DNA of 57,195 nucleotides from a virus (Duplodnaviria; Caudoviricetes): IMG/VR virus record IMGVR_UViG_3300021560_000003, positions 1 to 57,195 of that record; one strand, 5' to 3'. Shown piece by piece: positions 53,451 to 57,195 of this stretch (position 1 is its first letter; each line of letters starts with the position of its first letter). The notes under the pieces were generated by a model. It saw only the letters and a program-made list of their open reading frames with translations, ran no database searches and was not told where the DNA came from. The position numbers and the translations under genes were made by a program.

Positions 53451-54812
53451 ATGACATCGCTATTGCCAGAATTGCCAGCCGCCGCGACGCGGCGCTGGAC
53501 GCCAAGGCGCAAGGCCGCGGTTGCCGCGGCGATCCGCGCCGGCGTGATCACCCCCGAGGAGGCCTGCGCCCGCTGGCGCCTCTCCCCGGAGGAGCTCGCC
53601 GGCTGGCAGGACGCCCTCGCCGCCGCCGGCGTCCGCGGTCTGCGCGCCACGCGGCGCTGGCCGCCGCCCGCGCGGCGCAGCCGATACAAGTTGGCCTGCT
53701 GCGCCACCGCGCTCGTTGCGCTGCTGGTGTTCGGCGGCGGCGGCGCCGCGACCGAGCTCGGAAACCAACCCGAGCAAGGCTGTGTCGGCGACGAGAGCCA
53801 AGGGTTCGCCTGTCTGGCGACGCTGCAGCCGGGCCAGACGGTGCGCATCGATGTCGTCTATTACTCACCGCCCGACGACGACGCCGCCGAGCCCGGCGAG
53901 GCCGAGCCGCTGGTGGTGATGGCCAACGGCGCGGTGATTTGGACGGTGCAGAACTCGGGGCCGTCGGGCGTCACGCAAAGCCTGAGTTTCACCGCCAGCG
54001 CCCCGACAAACCTGTCCTGGGCGGCGCCCGGTTGGGATGGCGATGAAAGCATCGGCGTCGGTGCCGCCTATACGGCGATGACCCCGCCGCCGCCACCACC
54101 GCCGCCGCCGCGATTCACACAAGCGCAAAAAACGCGCTACCTGCGCTGGTCGATCGCGGCGGGGCAAATGGGCGTCGTGTTCGGCCTTGCCGCCGGCTAC
54201 GCACCGGCGCCGGCGATCGTGCTAAAATACGGGCTGACCATCGCCGGAATCCTGTCAGGCGCCGAGGCGGTTTATCTTGGCCGGCTAGCCGCCGATCCGC
54301 TCGACCCGGATTATACCGACATCGCAATGCCAACCGCTTATCCGGTGCCGGCGGCCGGGCCGTGCCTGACCCGGGTCGCAACGGCGCTGGCAAATATCGC
54401 CGGGCTCGCGCAAGCCGCCTCAACGAGCTACAACCGCGAGCAATATGCGATCTCGATCGGCGACCAATACTGGACCGGGCAGCAGGGGCAGGCGATGCTG
54501 AGCTACGGCGGCCAGCTCGACGCCGAGCTGCACAATTTTCGGGCGACCGCGCGCTGTCTCGCGGTGCGGCTGTCGCCGAGCGGCGGCGCCGTGACCGCCG
54601 GCGATATCGCCGCGTTCCAAGCCGATATTGCGGCCAATGGTCTGCCGCCCGAGGCGATCGCCGCGACGCAGGCCGAGGGCGTCGATCCGGCGGATTTTAT
54701 CGCGTCGATCACATCGGCCGACCCGGTGCTGGCGGCGGCCGCGTTCAACGCGCTGATGGGGCCGCGTCCGCGCGGCCAGTATTGGCAAGCGCTGCTTGCA
54801 GGAGCGCAATGA
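53451..54812 (+). CDS. SciP-domain / membrane / extracytoplasmic fusion protein
   Basis: N-terminal LP...TRRWTPRRKAAVAAAIRAGVITPEEACARWRLSPEEL.GW......GVRGLRAT; hydrophobic segment; P9 linker; second hydrophobic hairpin. Confidence 0.8.
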   Translation: MTSLLPELPAAATRRWTPRRKAAVAAAIRAGVITPEEACARWRLSPEELAGWQDALAAAGVRGLRATRRWPPPARRSRYKLACCATALVALLVFGGGGAATELGNQPEQGCVGDESQGFACLATLQPGQTVRIDVVYYSPPDDDAAEPGEAEPLVVMANGAVIWTVQNSGPSGVTQSLSFTASAPTNLSWAAPGWDGDESIGVGAAYTAMTPPPPPPPPPRFTQAQKTRYLRWSIAAGQMGVVFGLAAGYAPAPAIVLKYGLTIAGILSGAEAVYLGRLAADPLDPDYTDIAMPTAYPVPAAGPCLTRVATALANIAGLAQAASTSYNREQYAISIGDQYWTGQQGQAMLSYGGQLDAELHNFRATARCLAVRLSPSGGAVTAGDIAAFQADIAANGLPPEAIAATQAEGVDPADFIASITSADPVLAAAAFNALMGPRPRGQYWQALLAGAQ

Positions 54813-55054
54813 TGAAACGAGTCGCGTGGGCACTGATCGCTATCGCAACCGCGTCATGGCTAGCCGTGTTCATAATCGCCACCGCGCGCGCGCCGGTCGA
54901 TGCCGCTTACGTGGCGGTCATCGTCATCTGCGCGCTGGCCACGTCTAACGCTGTGCAGAGCATCCGCCGCGACCAGGTCCGGTTCGCGGCGTTTTCAGCT
55001 GGGGCGTCGATCGCCCTTTGCGGCTACGCGGCATTGACGCACGGCTGGCTCTAG
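54809..55054 (+). CDS. Small three-TM membrane protein
   Basis: AGGAG RBS, ATGA-coupled; MMKRVAWALIAIATASWLAVFII... Confidence 0.75.
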   Translation: MMKRVAWALIAIATASWLAVFIIATARAPVDAAYVAVIVICALATSNAVQSIRRDQVRFAAFSAGASIALCGYAALTHGWL

Positions 55055-55084
55055 GTCTATTTGTCCAGCTCCCCTTAACCTCGG

Positions 55085-55112
55085 GGCCGGGCTTTTGCCC
55101 GGCCGTTTTTTT
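55085..55112 (+). terminator. Intrinsic terminator closing the moron
   Basis: GGCCGGGC-TTTT-GCCCGGCC then T7. Confidence 0.85.
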
Positions 55113-55115
55113 GGC

Positions 55116-56870
55116 TTAGAGCACGAGCAGGCCGCGCTCCTCATAAACCGAGCCGCCGGCGCCTTGCGCCGCCTTGCCGGCGGCCATCGCCAGCGCCACC
55201 AGCGGGTCGATGCGGTTGACCGCGCGGCGCTTTGAGAACCATCGGTTATCGAAGGCGTCGCGCTCGACCGCCGCCGACATCATCGCGCTGATCAGCACCG
55301 GGCTCTTTTGCAGGCGGATCCGCTGGTCGAGGATCGCGCCCTCCAGCTCGATCACCGAGCCGGGCATCCACAGCCCCGACTCGCGGGTGCGGCGCACCCC
55401 GCCTTGCGGGTGCTCCAGCTGGGTTACGGTGACGCCGAGCGCGTCGAGCTCCAGCTCAAATTTGCCATAGGCGTAACGGTCGTAGACCAGGCATTCGATA
55501 TCGAACTCGGCGGTGAGTTCGGCCACCCGCGCGGCGACAAAATCCAGCCGCACATGCCGGCCCGGGACCGCGTTGAGCCAGCCCTGCTCGACCCAGACAT
55601 CATAGGGCGCCTGGTCGCGCAGCGCGCGCTCGGCGAGCGTCTCGGCCGGGGTCCAGGCCTCGACCCAGGCGGCGAAGGTCGGCAACCGCACCCATTCGAC
55701 GACGCCGTCTTTTTCGCGTGGGACATCGACAAAGCCGGTGCGCACGACGACCGCAAGCGCGGTCAAATCCTGCGTTCCCGACAGATCGAGCCCGAGTACC
55801 GCGCGCTCGCCGGCCAATTCGGCCGGGTCCAAATCGCCGAGCAGCGGCTCAAGCGTCGCGCGCGCCATCCAGCTTTCCTCGGCGTCGGCCCATTGGCAGA
55901 AGTTCATCCGCAGGACGCCGTTGAGCTGGCCCGGGATCTGCTTGGCCCGGTTGACGCGCGTCGCCAAGTAATCGCGCTGGATGGTGACATCCAACAAGGG
56001 GTTTGCCTTGCCCCAGCAGCGCGGGTCTTCTAGCGGGTCATCGCCTTTGTCGAGCCCGCAAACATAGGAAAAGGTCTCGTCGTCGATCACTTCGCCGACG
56101 AAAGTAAACTCGTCATCCGGCGTCATTGTGCCGGCGGCGCAGCGCACCGCGTGCTGGTGTTCCTCCCAGCAGACCGATTGCCGATCCGAGCCGCTGTTCG
56201 TAATCATGATCAGGAGCGGCTGGCGGCGCCATTTGAACCCGTCCTCGAGGGTCTTGATAATCAGCCGGTCGGGGTGCTCGTGCACCTCGTCGCAGAGCGC
56301 GCAATGCGGCCGCGGCCCCGAACCGGTTTTGCGCTTTTCCTTCGACAGCGGCCGGAAGAACGAGCCGCTTTCGAGGTCGGCCAAGTTCCACACGATCGCA
56401 CCGCCCGACGGTGTCAGCCGCCGCGCCAGCGCCGGGCTCTGGTCCCGCATCGCGACCGCATCGCGGAACAAAACTTGCGCCTGGTCCTTATCGGCGGCCG
56501 CGGCGTAGACCTCGGCGCGCATCTCGCCGTCGGCGACCAGGCAATAATGCCCGATGCCGGCGGCCAGCGGCGATTTGCCGTTGCCCTTGGCGATCTCGCA
56601 ATAGGCGCGCCGGTAGCGGCGCGTCCCGTCGCGCCGGCGCCAGCCAAACAGCGAGCCGACGATGAATTGCTGGCTCGCGTGCAGCGTGAACGCCAGGCCT
56701 TCGAATTGCCCGCCGTTTAGACGCAAAACGTCTGCGAAGAAGCCGATCGCCCGTGTCGCCGCCGCGAGGTCCCAGGCGAGCCCCCGCGCGGCGCCGTGCT
56801 CGAGGTCCGCCAGGTGCCGCCGGGCGGCGTTCCTGACATGCGGCCCGGCGACGGTCTCGCCGGCGAGCAC
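55116..56870 (-). CDS. terL: Terminase large subunit
   Basis: AKGNGKS Walker A, CDEVHEH Walker B, GLDLS...DLTA, RIDP.VA..MA; true start probably further upstream. Confidence 0.96.
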   Translation of the reverse strand: MLAGETVAGPHVRNAARRHLADLEHGAARGLAWDLAAATRAIGFFADVLRLNGGQFEGLAFTLHASQQFIVGSLFGWRRRDGTRRYRRAYCEIAKGNGKSPLAAGIGHYCLVADGEMRAEVYAAAADKDQAQVLFRDAVAMRDQSPALARRLTPSGGAIVWNLADLESGSFFRPLSKEKRKTGSGPRPHCALCDEVHEHPDRLIIKTLEDGFKWRRQPLLIMITNSGSDRQSVCWEEHQHAVRCAAGTMTPDDEFTFVGEVIDDETFSYVCGLDKGDDPLEDPRCWGKANPLLDVTIQRDYLATRVNRAKQIPGQLNGVLRMNFCQWADAEESWMARATLEPLLGDLDPAELAGERAVLGLDLSGTQDLTALAVVVRTGFVDVPREKDGVVEWVRLPTFAAWVEAWTPAETLAERALRDQAPYDVWVEQGWLNAVPGRHVRLDFVAARVAELTAEFDIECLVYDRYAYGKFELELDALGVTVTQLEHPQGGVRRTRESGLWMPGSVIELEGAILDQRIRLQKSPVLISAMMSAAVERDAFDNRWFSKRRAVNRIDPLVALAMAAGKAAQGAGGSVYEERGLLVL

Positions 56871-56895
56871 CGCCCGCGCATAGGCGAGAACCGGG

Positions 56896-57195
56896 TCAGA
56901 AGTATTTGGCGGCCGGGTCGGCGGTGTCTTGCGCCGGCTCGCCGCGGATCCTGCTGCGCGCAGAGGGCGTCATCCCAAATTCGCCGGCATAGCGCACCAT
57001 GTCGGCCATTGCCTTGTTGGCGACGCCGACCAGCGGGTTTTGGATCGCGTTGCCGTCTTTCGTCTTGATCATCAGCGCGCCGGTCACCGGGTCATGCCGC
57101 GCCATTTCGGCGAGCGCGCGCTCGGCCTGGCGCCAGCGGCCCCACGCCTGGCAATAGGCCGCCAGCGCGGCGCGATCGACGCCGGTTAGGAGGCC
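56896..57195 (-). CDS. terS: Terminase small subunit, C-terminal part
   Basis: ...GNAIQNPLVGVANKAMADMVRYAGEFGMTPSARSRI...; directly upstream of terL. Confidence 0.92.
   Translation of the reverse strand, partial: GLLTGVDRAALAAYCQAWGRWRQAERALAEMARHDPVTGALMIKTKDGNAIQNPLVGVANKAMADMVRYAGEFGMTPSARSRIRGEPAQDTADPAAKYF
57073..57195. repeat. Terminal direct repeat, copy 2
   Basis: Identical to 1-123. Confidence 0.95.

Larger units (their letters stand above)
1..57195. mobile_element. Complete temperate phage genome (HK97-type head, long non-contractile GTA-like tail tip), circular assembly
   Basis: Full set of packaging, head, tail, lysis, immunity, replication and integration modules; terminal overlap; terS reads through the junction; intact attP. 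Confidence 0.95.

Noticed and set aside
57073-57195. Biological terminal repeat of the virion DNA
   Set aside because: Falls mid-terS; P27 terS plus HNH suggests cos packaging; most likely assembler overlap

Overview
Apparently complete, circularly assembled (123-bp terminal overlap, 1-123 = 57073-57195) GC-rich temperate siphovirus genome of about 57 kb. An alphaproteobacterial host is inferred from SciP/CtrA/GcrA-like genes, a DUF6456-type regulator and GTA-type tail genes. The layout is lambdoid. On the minus strand are the late genes (P27-type terS, terL, HK97 portal, protease and capsid, head-tail, tail tube, frameshifted chaperone, tape measure, DUF2460/DUF2163/NlpC/megatron tip, GH25 lysis) and a separate block with replication, HU and serine recombinase genes. 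A cI/cro-like switch is built from two paralogous HTH genes with TGGAC-N5-GTCCA operators. A plus-strand early arm carries ParB, xis, a tyrosine integrase and attP (3' half of tRNA-Arg-CCG). The most striking observation is that the phage carries stand-alone pieces of the alphaproteobacterial cell-cycle circuit: a receiver-less CtrA-like DNA-binding domain next to a GcrA C-terminal-like domain inside the head-tail operon, a SciP homolog inside the immunity region, and a second SciP domain fused to a membrane/extracytoplasmic protein in a moron. Also notable are an Int-arm-domain/Xis-tail chimera beside attP, a radical SAM-FkbM-double glycosyltransferase cassette behind the capsid gene, and one adhesin-like domain reused in three tail-region proteins. 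All family calls come from motif recognition by eye; no database searches were run.
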